This document shows, piece by piece, positions 18,870-27,160 of a stretch of DNA of 64,000 nt. The position numbers and the translations under genes were made by a program. Numbering within the stretch: position 1 is the stretch's first letter; every line of letters begins with the position of its first letter. The stretch spans positions 471,315-535,314 of the forward strand of contig CP055307.1 in the NCBI GenBank assembly GCA_013374835.1. Reading direction: 5' to 3'. This DNA is from Candidatus Woesebacteria bacterium (lineage in GTDB: Bacteria; Patescibacteriota; Microgenomatia; UBA8517). The notes below the pieces were generated by a model. The model had not been told where the DNA came from, ran no database searches, and saw only the letters and a program-made list of their open reading frames with translations.

Positions 18870-18945
18870 CAACTAAATAAATTCTGGGAGGAGAAAGAGT
18901 GGGTCCCAGCCCTAGCAAATACCAATAGGTATTACTCTTTCTCCT
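18870..18945 (+). repeat. Structured element copy 2, terminator-like
   Basis: Near-identical to 16954-17032; followed by TTTT. Confidence 0.85.
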
Positions 18946-18974
18946 TTTAAGTTCCAAAATAGTAAAATAAGAAA

Positions 18975-20162
18975 GTGTACACCTACTTAAAAATCTACAG
19001 GGAAAGAGGACTCAATCCTGACATCAAATCGTTAATCAAACTTATATCTAGACAATCAAAACTTGCAAAAGATCAATACCAAAAACTAAGCACTCCCAAA
19101 ACAATGTCGGAAGGTCTTTATGTTCATGCTTGGGTAAGGAATGCTGTTATTCATGATATTTATGAAAATATAAAAATCATAAGACCAGAGCATGAATATA
19201 AAGCCTCAATAGACTTCTATTTAGCATTTCCTAACTCACTTCGTAAAAAGCTTAGAAAAGACATAAACAGTGCTACATTAGATCAAAGAGCAAAAGTGTG
19301 GAATAAATATAAGCTAGATTTTAAAAAAATAGAGAAAACATTCATAGCACTTACAATTCAAAGAAACACATGGGCTAAACAAAAAGGTTTTAAAAACTTT
19401 CTTGAAGAAAAGCTAAAACACTACAAAATACCAAGAAAAGATTATGAATTATTCAAGGCTCAAACCAACAATCTAATTAAATATTGTAATAGTCAACTGC
19501 CCAAAATAAAACTGCCATCAATTGTATTAACAGAATTTACCAAGCCTTGTTATCTTTGTCTTTCAACTAACTTTCCATTTACCAATCTTGAAGAAACAAT
19601 TAATTTTGTCTTTGGTGAATACGAAATTCTCCAGAAATTCAAAAAAAAGATAAAAATTAAATTCACTGATTATTCAGAAATGAGTTATAACGTTCAGGAC
19701 GATTCTTTTGAAATTAGTATAGAAAAAGATACTAACCTCCGTCACCAATCCCTAGCAATAATCCATGAACTAATCCATGTCGTAAATCACATTGAAAGTT
19801 ATAAAAGGGGATTCTTACCTTCCGAGAAAGGAAATTATTTTCAAGAAAAAGAAACACTAAAAAAAGAGATTCCGCTACTTAAAAAGATATCACCAGTTTT
19901 TTATAAATCCATCTTTAGTGAATTTCTTAAAGTCTTCCAACAAGTACTATTTGAAATAGAACTCTATAACAATCCTAATCAGAATTTAAGCAAGCTTTAT
20001 GCGGATGTTTACAACCTTTGCTATCCTCAGGCAAACCAAAAGCAAAATAGATCATTTATTCTGAATAAAGACATAGTAGAGCAACCCCTCTCAATCCTCC
20101 CCAACGCCATAGCCCAATCCATAGTCATCAAAAAATATTTGAAGCTGAACACATCCTCTTGA
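18975..20162 (+). CDS. HExxH zinc metallopeptidase, M3-like (paralog 2)
   Basis: RNTWAKQKGF, CYLC, NLRHQ..HELIH, LFEIELY.NP.QNLSKLYAD.YN.C shared with 17065. Confidence 0.7.
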   Translation: MYTYLKIYRERGLNPDIKSLIKLISRQSKLAKDQYQKLSTPKTMSEGLYVHAWVRNAVIHDIYENIKIIRPEHEYKASIDFYLAFPNSLRKKLRKDINSATLDQRAKVWNKYKLDFKKIEKTFIALTIQRNTWAKQKGFKNFLEEKLKHYKIPRKDYELFKAQTNNLIKYCNSQLPKIKLPSIVLTEFTKPCYLCLSTNFPFTNLEETINFVFGEYEILQKFKKKIKIKFTDYSEMSYNVQDDSFEISIEKDTNLRHQSLAIIHELIHVVNHIESYKRGFLPSEKGNYFQEKETLKKEIPLLKKISPVFYKSIFSEFLKVFQQVLFEIELYNNPNQNLSKLYADVYNLCYPQANQKQNRSFILNKDIVEQPLSILPNAIAQSIVIKKYLKLNTSS

Positions 20163-20465
20163 CTTCTTCTTCTTCTTCTTCTGCTAACCTTGCTCCCAAA
20201 GCGTGCAAAGGACGCTTTGCACTTTGAAACGGCTTGGGTTTTTAGGCCAAAGCTTGGAGGTTTGTTTCTATCCCCATACCATCTATGATGAGCCGACTCC
20301 CAAAAGCGGGAGTAAAAACAGGCCAAACGCAAAAACGGTCACTGGGTAGAAAAAGCTAAAGAAACAAAGCCAAAAAACTCCAAGGAGGCTCTCATTCTCC
20401 GCCCAATCCCGGGCAACCAGCTGGAAGGAATCCGGTAAAGGGAGACAAAAAGACAGGAGGTTTCT
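20159..20465 (+). repeat. Cassette leader copy 3: (TTC)6 promoter plus structured RNA
   Basis: Same blocks as copies 1 and 2; closest to copy 1. Confidence 0.9.
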
Positions 20466-20657
20466 GTGAATAACAGCAAGGGAAGCGGCGGAAAAGCAGG
20501 CAGTACTTCCATAACAGTAAAGCTGCCCATGGATCTGTCTCTCATAAAGGAACTTAACCAACAGTTCACTGTGGAAGAGGCTGCCAAGCAAACAAGCACC
20601 ACAAAACAGGAAGCAAAAGAAGCCTGGAAAGCCGCAAAGGAAGATAGTAGCAACTAG
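20466..20657 (+). CDS. Small cassette protein 3 (63 aa, GTG start)
   Basis: AGGAGG SD; followed by a long hairpin. Confidence 0.7.
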   Translation: MNNSKGSGGKAGSTSITVKLPMDLSLIKELNQQFTVEEAAKQTSTTKQEAKEAWKAAKEDSSN

Positions 20658-20694
20658 GTTTCTGAACATTAGAGCTTCCTAATATCTCAACTCA

Positions 20695-20751
20695 TGGAAT
20701 GTCGGATTCCATAGCAGTCATAATAAGATATGCTAAGAGTCCGACATTCCA
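20695..20751 (+). terminator. Long hairpin after cassette protein 3
   Basis: TGGAATGTCGGATTC/GAGTCCGACATTCCA with inner TAGCA/TGCTA. Confidence 0.6.
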
Positions 20752-20785
20752 AATCATCTTTCAAAAAATATATAATTAACCCAAT

Positions 20786-21118
20786 ATGAAACAAGCTACA
20801 ACTTTAAGTAAACAAGAAGAAGACAGACTGGTAGAAATTATAAGACTTGGACAAGAAAGTAACGCCACAGAAAAACAAAAGAAAGATTCTCTCAAAGCGA
20901 TGGAAAAACTGTTAATCTACTTACAACCATTGGTAGCAAACATTGCCTTAAAATACGCAGCAGGAACTATCCATCATGATGAACTAATTCGAATCGGAAA
21001 TATTGGAGTAAGAAAAGCAATACTTAAATATAATCCCAATAGAAACTTTAAGTTTTCGACTTACGCTTCGTGGTATATTAGAGCAGAAATTCACAAGAAA
21101 TTGGGTCTTCCTCTATAA
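20786..21118 (+). CDS. Sigma-70 region 1.2/2-only protein
   Basis: LSKQEE, LVANIALKY, DELIRIGNIG..AI.KY.P...FKFSTYASWYIR; ends without regions 3/4. Confidence 0.85.
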   Translation: MKQATTLSKQEEDRLVEIIRLGQESNATEKQKKDSLKAMEKLLIYLQPLVANIALKYAAGTIHHDELIRIGNIGVRKAILKYNPNRNFKFSTYASWYIRAEIHKKLGLPL

Positions 21119-21158
21119 TCTAGTTTTAAATTTCTCTGTTATCCATAATTGAATAAAT

Positions 21159-21641
21159 ATGGACGTTAAGCTTAAAAAATTATTTTATGAAGACAAGATC
21201 CTTCGTGTTTTAGGTCCTGAATGGAAAAGAGTAAAACGGTTTATAGGTGATGAGGAAGTTGAGGTAAGAAATAGTTTTTTCTTAGAGACAAAAGATGGGA
21301 TTAAAATTGAGTTTTTTATCTTATCCCCAGAAACATACCAAGAATGTTATTCGGTTAAAATAGAACAATATGTTCGCAGAAAAAGTAAAGAAAGTGGTGG
21401 TTACTACAGCGAAGTATCAACTATTCATTTTCAAGAAATAACAACTGTGAAGTATTTTTATAAATTGGGAATGATAGCAATGATTAGCAAGCAGAAGGAT
21501 TATTTTTCCGACCTCTGGTTATACAAAAGCGGAGCAGTCAGAATATCGGTTGCGCACCCCATATCCTTTTACAACAAACAAGACTTATGGACATATGATA
21601 TGGCCAACCGCGAAGGCGAAGAGGTTTTTACATTAGAATAA
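21159..21641 (+). CDS. Hypothetical protein
   Basis: 160-aa ORF with CATAAT just upstream of the ATG. Confidence 0.7.
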   Translation: MDVKLKKLFYEDKILRVLGPEWKRVKRFIGDEEVEVRNSFFLETKDGIKIEFFILSPETYQECYSVKIEQYVRRKSKESGGYYSEVSTIHFQEITTVKYFYKLGMIAMISKQKDYFSDLWLYKSGAVRISVAHPISFYNKQDLWTYDMANREGEEVFTLE

Positions 21642-21787
21642 CCCACTTTCTTGTCTATATTATATTAATGTTTTACTTTGTAAAGCTAAAAAAGATTAAT
21701 TCTCAAAATAGGTATAAACATATTCAAACACAAGACTACTAAGGAAGACCAAAAGACGATTACCTTTAAATAAAATATAATTATTTT

Positions 21788-22186
21788 ATGAGAGCTAAAA
21801 GAAAAACTAAAAGCAAATCTGGCTTTGAGAGATATGATTATGTCTTTTCAGGAATTAAACTATCAGAACCTCTTTCTATTAAACAAATTAAGTCAATTTT
21901 TTTGATATTACTTCATGATTATTTTCAAAATGAAATAGATGAATTTTTTCTAGAATCTTTAGCAGGTGATTTGTATTTTAACCTATCTGAATCACCAAAC
22001 TATATACAGGCAAAAGACCCTGAACTAAGTCTGGCTCTTGATAGCGCATCAGATTTTGTTTTCTTTCTTCAGAAGAATGATTCTGAAAGCAAGAAAAGAA
22101 CTAAAGCAATAATTAAGGAATTAAAAAGCTATTATATTAAAAATCGCAATGAAATAGAGCATTATTCTCATGATTCCAGTGATTGA
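21788..22186 (+). CDS. Helical hypothetical protein, paralog family A
   Basis: LLHDYFQNEID..LYFNL..DPELSLALD..LKSYY. Confidence 0.8.
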   Translation: MRAKRKTKSKSGFERYDYVFSGIKLSEPLSIKQIKSIFLILLHDYFQNEIDEFFLESLAGDLYFNLSESPNYIQAKDPELSLALDSASDFVFFLQKNDSESKKRTKAIIKELKSYYIKNRNEIEHYSHDSSD

Positions 22187-22299
22187 TTTTGATTCCATTA
22201 ATGGGGGGATTTAGGAAAGCAGATTATGATTTTTTGCTCTTGCACAGCCTGTGTTGCTATCAAAACGATGAGTTGGGCAATAAGTATTACAACCTAAGA

Positions 22300-22959
22300 C
22301 TAGAGATAATCTCTCCATTTATTATCCTGAATTATCTCTGGAATAGATTTTTTTTGTTTTACCAACCACGCTCGTAATTTTTGTTGGGCAGGATACCCCT
22401 TTTCTTCTGGATTAGTGAATACAGTTAAAGCTTCTTTAAGTGATTCAAATTTTTCTTTTCCCAACTCCTTTTTTAGATTCCCAAAATAATAATAAAACAT
22501 AAAATGATTAAGTTCATGAGTTAGAATTTGAAGCTGTCTTTCAGGAATTGCCCCTCCAAAAACCATAATCCATTTCTTTTCAAAATTGTAAGGACAAATT
22601 GGCAGAGAAGAAAGATATATTTTGATTTGTTTGAATGGGATCTTGCGCCCATATATTTTTTGTAGTCTATTTTCTATTTGGGAACCGTTTTTCACCCATG
22701 CCGATTTCAGCTCTTGAGCAACAACTGAATATTTTGCCTTTCTACTCTCTAAATTCTGGGAAAGGAAATCTTTAATTATATTTCTTGCTTGTTTTTCGCT
22801 TTTACTATTTTTAAGATCAATCCTAACCCTCTCCGGGAGAGCGCTAAAAAATTTATCTTGAAGATTGTCCCTTCCATGTTTGTACCACACAAACTTATAA
22901 ACAGATCTTAAATAATTCCATACATCAAGATCCAACGAATAACTTACTTTTATATCCAT
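22300..22959 (-). CDS. Putative HExxH metalloprotease
   Basis: THELNHFMF with downstream KEALT. Confidence 0.7.
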   Translation of the reverse strand: MDIKVSYSLDLDVWNYLRSVYKFVWYKHGRDNLQDKFFSALPERVRIDLKNSKSEKQARNIIKDFLSQNLESRKAKYSVVAQELKSAWVKNGSQIENRLQKIYGRKIPFKQIKIYLSSLPICPYNFEKKWIMVFGGAIPERQLQILTHELNHFMFYYYFGNLKKELGKEKFESLKEALTVFTNPEEKGYPAQQKLRAWLVKQKKSIPEIIQDNKWRDYL

Positions 22960-23313
22960 AAATGTATAAGCTTTATTTTAGCTTTCAGTTACAACTAGGT
23001 TTGGTTTAAAATCTGGATCTGGTGCCCTTCACAAATGTCAAAGCAATCTCCAGAGTCAAAGCGACTACAGTCGCTTGCATCACAATTCTGCCATCTTGTA
23101 TAAATTATACTCTAAAAATTAACAAGCTTGTGATGGATATAATGATTATATCGCGAACATCTAACTGTTTGTTTTAGATATTAAATCTATAGTTTTTAAA
23201 ATAAAGGCAAGCTGATACAAAAATTCAGAGGGTTAGAAAAAGCCAGAGAAACAAATCCTTAGAAAAAAATTAAATTACTATTTTTTGGTTTTATGGTATT
23301 ATAGGATGTGATT

Positions 23314-25212
23314 ATGAAAGAAAATCTTAGAAATACCGTAAAAATTTTTTCAGGAGGTATGCTCCTTCTTTCTTCAACACTTGGACCTATTTCTGAAAAA
23401 AACCAAAAAAATCCCCAAAAGCCATATTCAAATTTACCAAAACCATACACCCAAAGCATAGGTTTAGTAGGTGATTTTCAAATGGGAGATGTATTTATTC
23501 CAGACTTTGAAACAAAAGAAAATCAAATTCAAAAAGAATTTCTTCCTGAAATACCATCAATCAGCCTTGAGGATGAAGAATCAAGACTTGTCTCAGAGAT
23601 AGTAACAAGGAAAGCTCCAGACACCCTGATGGCAGTATCTCTTGATCCGGAAAAGATGGAAAAACTTCAAAATATCACCAATCCAGATCTTTCCCAAAGT
23701 TTTGAAAGAGTTCTTTTTTTGCAGGAAGAAGCAAAAAACTGGGGTGGAGAACTGTCCATAAAGCTTCTTACCCAAACAAACAAAGATTCTGAAATCAAAA
23801 AAGTTTCAGTTGTACTTGAAGCACAAAATGATTTTACTTGGAATGAAGTAGAATATAAAAGTGGTGGAGTAATATTTTATGGAAGTGAAGGAGACCTTCA
23901 TTGGATTAATCCAGCGGAGGAAGGATCAAAAATAGTCATTGCAAAATTAGACGATACACTCAAGGAGGATCTACTAAAAGCTCTGACAAGATGTGGATAC
24001 ATAAATGAAAACAGATCCTTTGAATTCCCAGCCAATGGATCACTCATCCCTGTGGAGGTAGACAAAGATGGAAACATATCACAAATAATTACTAAGGAAG
24101 CTGCATACTTTCTTACACTCAGAACCTTCTCACAAGGAGCAAATGTAAATCTAAGGGAAGAGCCAAATACCACCTCTCAAATCTTGGGACAGATAAATAA
24201 AGAAGTTGTGATCCCCAACCCTGAGGGAATACCTGATAATTTAGACCTTTTTGGGGCAATTATAAATGAAGATGAAATGATAGAGGTGTCAAACGAAGGT
24301 TATACATGGATCCTTGTAGAAACCCCCACACCAGAAGGTCAGGTAGAATACGCCTGGGTTGCTTACTCCCTGCCTCAGGTAAAAGGTATCCCCTTAAAAC
24401 AAGTAGCAGTAGGACCAAATATTGATAGCTTTGACCATTTTAGGGAGTCTGAGGAAATATTTTTAGGCTATTCAAATGAAATATTTGGAAGCAACGGAGA
24501 ATATCTTGGAAGACCTTGGCAGGGGGAATATGCTGTAACTCCAGATACAAAGGTGTATTATTCTGGAGTTGATCCTCATGTGATTTCAGGAAGTATAGTG
24601 GTAGGTGGTGAACAATATCGTATTTATTCAGATGGGTATCATGATGGAATATACGCAACAGAATATCCACAACACAAATATTTTATTGTTCATCCAAATG
24701 GGACTTTTGTAGGTTTTTTGGGAGAGAGGATAGTAACAAACCTTTCCCTTACAAATCCTGAAACAGGAGCTGTTGTTGATGGAATAAATATTGATAGACT
24801 GGAGGTAATAGATATTATGATGCTAGTTAAGCAAAATGGAAAGGATTATAAGATTGCATTTTCTATCCCTAAGGAAATAATGTTTGCAGACTTTTCAGGG
24901 GGCAGATTTGATGTTGTGCGCGATACTCAAACTTTCGTCTTGCCTAGACTAATTCCTGGTATCAAAGTCTCTGCTAGTGTTCTATTTTATCTTAATTCTT
25001 GGGAGGAGTTTGTAAAGCAAATTTTACACAACATTGAAGGTATTAGTGAATGGACAGGGATATATGAGGTGGTTAGAATTGATCTTGCGACCTTAGAATA
25101 CCAAAATAGATATAGAGATGCTGGTTTGAATTTAAGTAAAGGTGTACTTGAAAATGACAAGATTTATGATATTGGTATCACTCCTACTTTGAGTTTTACT
25201 TCACGGAACTAG
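23314..25212 (+). CDS. Large putative secreted protein with bacterial SH3-like segment
   Basis: VNLREEPNTTSQILGQI...WILV...AWVA. Confidence 0.7.
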   Translation: MKENLRNTVKIFSGGMLLLSSTLGPISEKNQKNPQKPYSNLPKPYTQSIGLVGDFQMGDVFIPDFETKENQIQKEFLPEIPSISLEDEESRLVSEIVTRKAPDTLMAVSLDPEKMEKLQNITNPDLSQSFERVLFLQEEAKNWGGELSIKLLTQTNKDSEIKKVSVVLEAQNDFTWNEVEYKSGGVIFYGSEGDLHWINPAEEGSKIVIAKLDDTLKEDLLKALTRCGYINENRSFEFPANGSLIPVEVDKDGNISQIITKEAAYFLTLRTFSQGANVNLREEPNTTSQILGQINKEVVIPNPEGIPDNLDLFGAIINEDEMIEVSNEGYTWILVETPTPEGQVEYAWVAYSLPQVKGIPLKQVAVGPNIDSFDHFRESEEIFLGYSNEIFGSNGEYLGRPWQGEYAVTPDTKVYYSGVDPHVISGSIVVGGEQYRIYSDGYHDGIYATEYPQHKYFIVHPNGTFVGFLGERIVTNLSLTNPETGAVVDGINIDRLEVIDIMMLVKQNGKDYKIAFSIPKEIMFADFSGGRFDVVRDTQTFVLPRLIPGIKVSASVLFYLNSWEEFVKQILHNIEGISEWTGIYEVVRIDLATLEYQNRYRDAGLNLSKGVLENDKIYDIGITPTLSFTSRN

Positions 25213-25268
25213 AGTGCTTGAGTCAGCTTCAGACTCTATGTTAAAGTGAATTATTGGCGAGTGTTGGT

Positions 25269-25601
25269 ATGAAAAAGATACTTGTTGCTGCTGTAGCTCT
25301 TATTTTTATTATGGTTTTTGTTTTTTTATTTGTGTTACTTGAGTATCAGAGTAGGAAGCTTGTTTTTCCAAGCGTTTATTACAAGGGAGAAAAAATGATT
25401 TATGGATTGGTTTTTAATAATACTTTGGGTAGAAGCGTATTTACAGGGGTAGTTAGTGGTTTTAGTTTGAATAAGGATCAAGCAGAGTTAACTCTGGCAA
25501 GTACTAAAGATTCAAGAACAAAAATTTTTTTTGACCCAAGTTCCACAATGGTTACTCTAAATACCAACGAGAGGCAAAGCGAATTTTTGTGGAGAATTTA
25601 A
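25269..25601 (+). pseudogene. Membrane-anchored protein truncated by an IS remnant
   Basis: N-terminal TM; 3' end runs into transposase-like sequence. Confidence 0.6.
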
Positions 25602-25874
25602 CCAGTATCTGGAAAAAATAGGAATCAACCATGAATTTATATATCCAAGATCACCCAAAATCAACGGTTACATTGAAAGATTCAACCGAACCTTCAAAGG
25701 GAATTCCTCTACAAGCATGAACTTGATATTCAAGAGGAAAAGTTCAGCGAGAAACTTACCAAATATCTAATCTGGTACAATACCAAAAGACCACATCAAT
25801 CTTTGAAAATGAAGCCACCAGTAGCATACATGCAGGAGTTTATTTGATTTTCCGAAAAGTATGCGTCCTATACA
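25578..25874 (+). mobile_element. IS481-family transposase remnant with right end
   Basis: SEF..GINHEFIYPRSPKINGYIERFNRTFK, frameshift, then WYNTKRPHQSL; ends ...CCTATACA. Confidence 0.8.
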
Positions 25875-25925
25875 AAAGATTGCAAAATAAATATAATTTG
25901 GTATAATAGGACAGGATTTTGAAAT

Positions 25926-26594
25926 ATGGGAAAAGGATTGGAAAGGTTAAGAGAGTCAGTAACATTGGCAGTAGCAGGAGCAACTATCTCTCATGCTCCC
26001 CAAGCCCTAGCTTTACCCCAAAATCCAAATGAAAGAGGTATAGACAGTGGTCACATTCTTGATATTGGAATACCCCAAGATCCTTTTGAAATAGCAGGTA
26101 TTGTAATAAATGAAAATCCAGTTTCTCCTGAAAGGCAAAAAAGAATTTTGGATTTTACTATTAAGAATTTCATTCGAACTTTAGCTAGTATGAACTATTC
26201 AGGTTTTTCTCTGGAGATTGAGATTACTGACTTATATGGAGGAAAGCATCCTTTTTATTGTAGGCCAGAATATGAAGCTTGTCTTTGGTATCCTCCCCAA
26301 AATGAAGAAGGGGATGAGATGATGTACTCTGGCGCGGGAGATATTCCCCTAGAAAATCTAGATGTATATATTGGTACAGGTTCTGTAATCAGGCTTTTTC
26401 CTTACCCCGAAAAACCAGAAAAGCATATAAGGATCAATAAGGAAGAATTTGAGGGTGTTCTTAAGAATGTCTTTGGAAATATCGAACTCAATCTTCAAGA
26501 CGAAGGGTCTCTTGAAGGGGGATATCTTAAGGAAGGGGCTGAGTTTGTGGTTAATAACCCATATATTTTTCCACTTCCATATTTATCAGCTTAA
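25926..26594 (+). CDS. Hypothetical secreted protein
   Basis: Signal-like LAVAGATISHAPQALA. Confidence 0.7.
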   Translation: MGKGLERLRESVTLAVAGATISHAPQALALPQNPNERGIDSGHILDIGIPQDPFEIAGIVINENPVSPERQKRILDFTIKNFIRTLASMNYSGFSLEIEITDLYGGKHPFYCRPEYEACLWYPPQNEEGDEMMYSGAGDIPLENLDVYIGTGSVIRLFPYPEKPEKHIRINKEEFEGVLKNVFGNIELNLQDEGSLEGGYLKEGAEFVVNNPYIFPLPYLSA

Positions 26595-26677
26595 TTAAAT
26601 CCAGTTAGTTTATGTCTATCTAGTACATTAGTATCTGAGTATCTGGACTATGTTACAATTTGTTTAATAAACCCGCC

Positions 26678-27160
26678 ATGAAAAACGTTTTCTTAGAGAG
26701 AATAGTTCTTCTTCTTATAATAGCTACGGTTATATTCTTTATCCCTTTATTGTTTATCAATCTTAGATATTCTCGACTTCAAAATAAACACCTTTCTATA
26801 TCAAAAGGTACTTCTTCTTTGGCCGATTGGGCAAACAAAACTGCGACTGAATATCCTTATTATTCAATAGATAAATCTGGGACTTTTCTAAATCCTAACG
26901 ATGCAAGTAACCTTATCATTGCAGGCAAGATAAATAATATTGAAAAAAATAGATTAGAGATCAAAACCTTTTATGGTCTGTTTTTAGTTAATTTGAATTC
27001 GAATACCAAATATTTTTCCTGGAATAAAAAGCTTGGTATAAGCAGTACAAAAGAAAAAACTGTTGACGATTTCCAGGTGGGTACCCAAGTTTATGTCCGT
27101 TGTACAACTGATGGAGACAATTTAATTGCTCTAGATGTTCAAGAAATCCTGAATGAATAA
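26678..27160 (+). CDS. Membrane-anchored hypothetical protein (OB-fold-like C-terminus)
   Basis: TM helix; DDFQVGTQVYV motif. Confidence 0.65.
   Translation: MKNVFLERIVLLLIIATVIFFIPLLFINLRYSRLQNKHLSISKGTSSLADWANKTATEYPYYSIDKSGTFLNPNDASNLIIAGKINNIEKNRLEIKTFYGLFLVNLNSNTKYFSWNKKLGISSTKEKTVDDFQVGTQVYVRCTTDGDNLIALDVQEILNE

Noticed and set aside
18848-18880. A-AAA-AAG slippery site at the end of cassette ORF 2
   Set aside because: The -1 frame adds only about 8 residues and the downstream structure is ~30 nt away, too far for a typical stimulator.
18901-18916. GGTCCCAGCCC resembles twister or HDV ribozyme segments
   Set aside because: The other required elements (twister UAA/GAG and its pseudoknots; HDV nested P1-P3 order) could not be placed.
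15193-20465. CRISPR array, retron or DGR interpretation of the repeats
   Set aside because: Repeats are ~300 bp and dispersed with genes between them; no cas or RT gene in the window; differences between copies are not adenine-specific.
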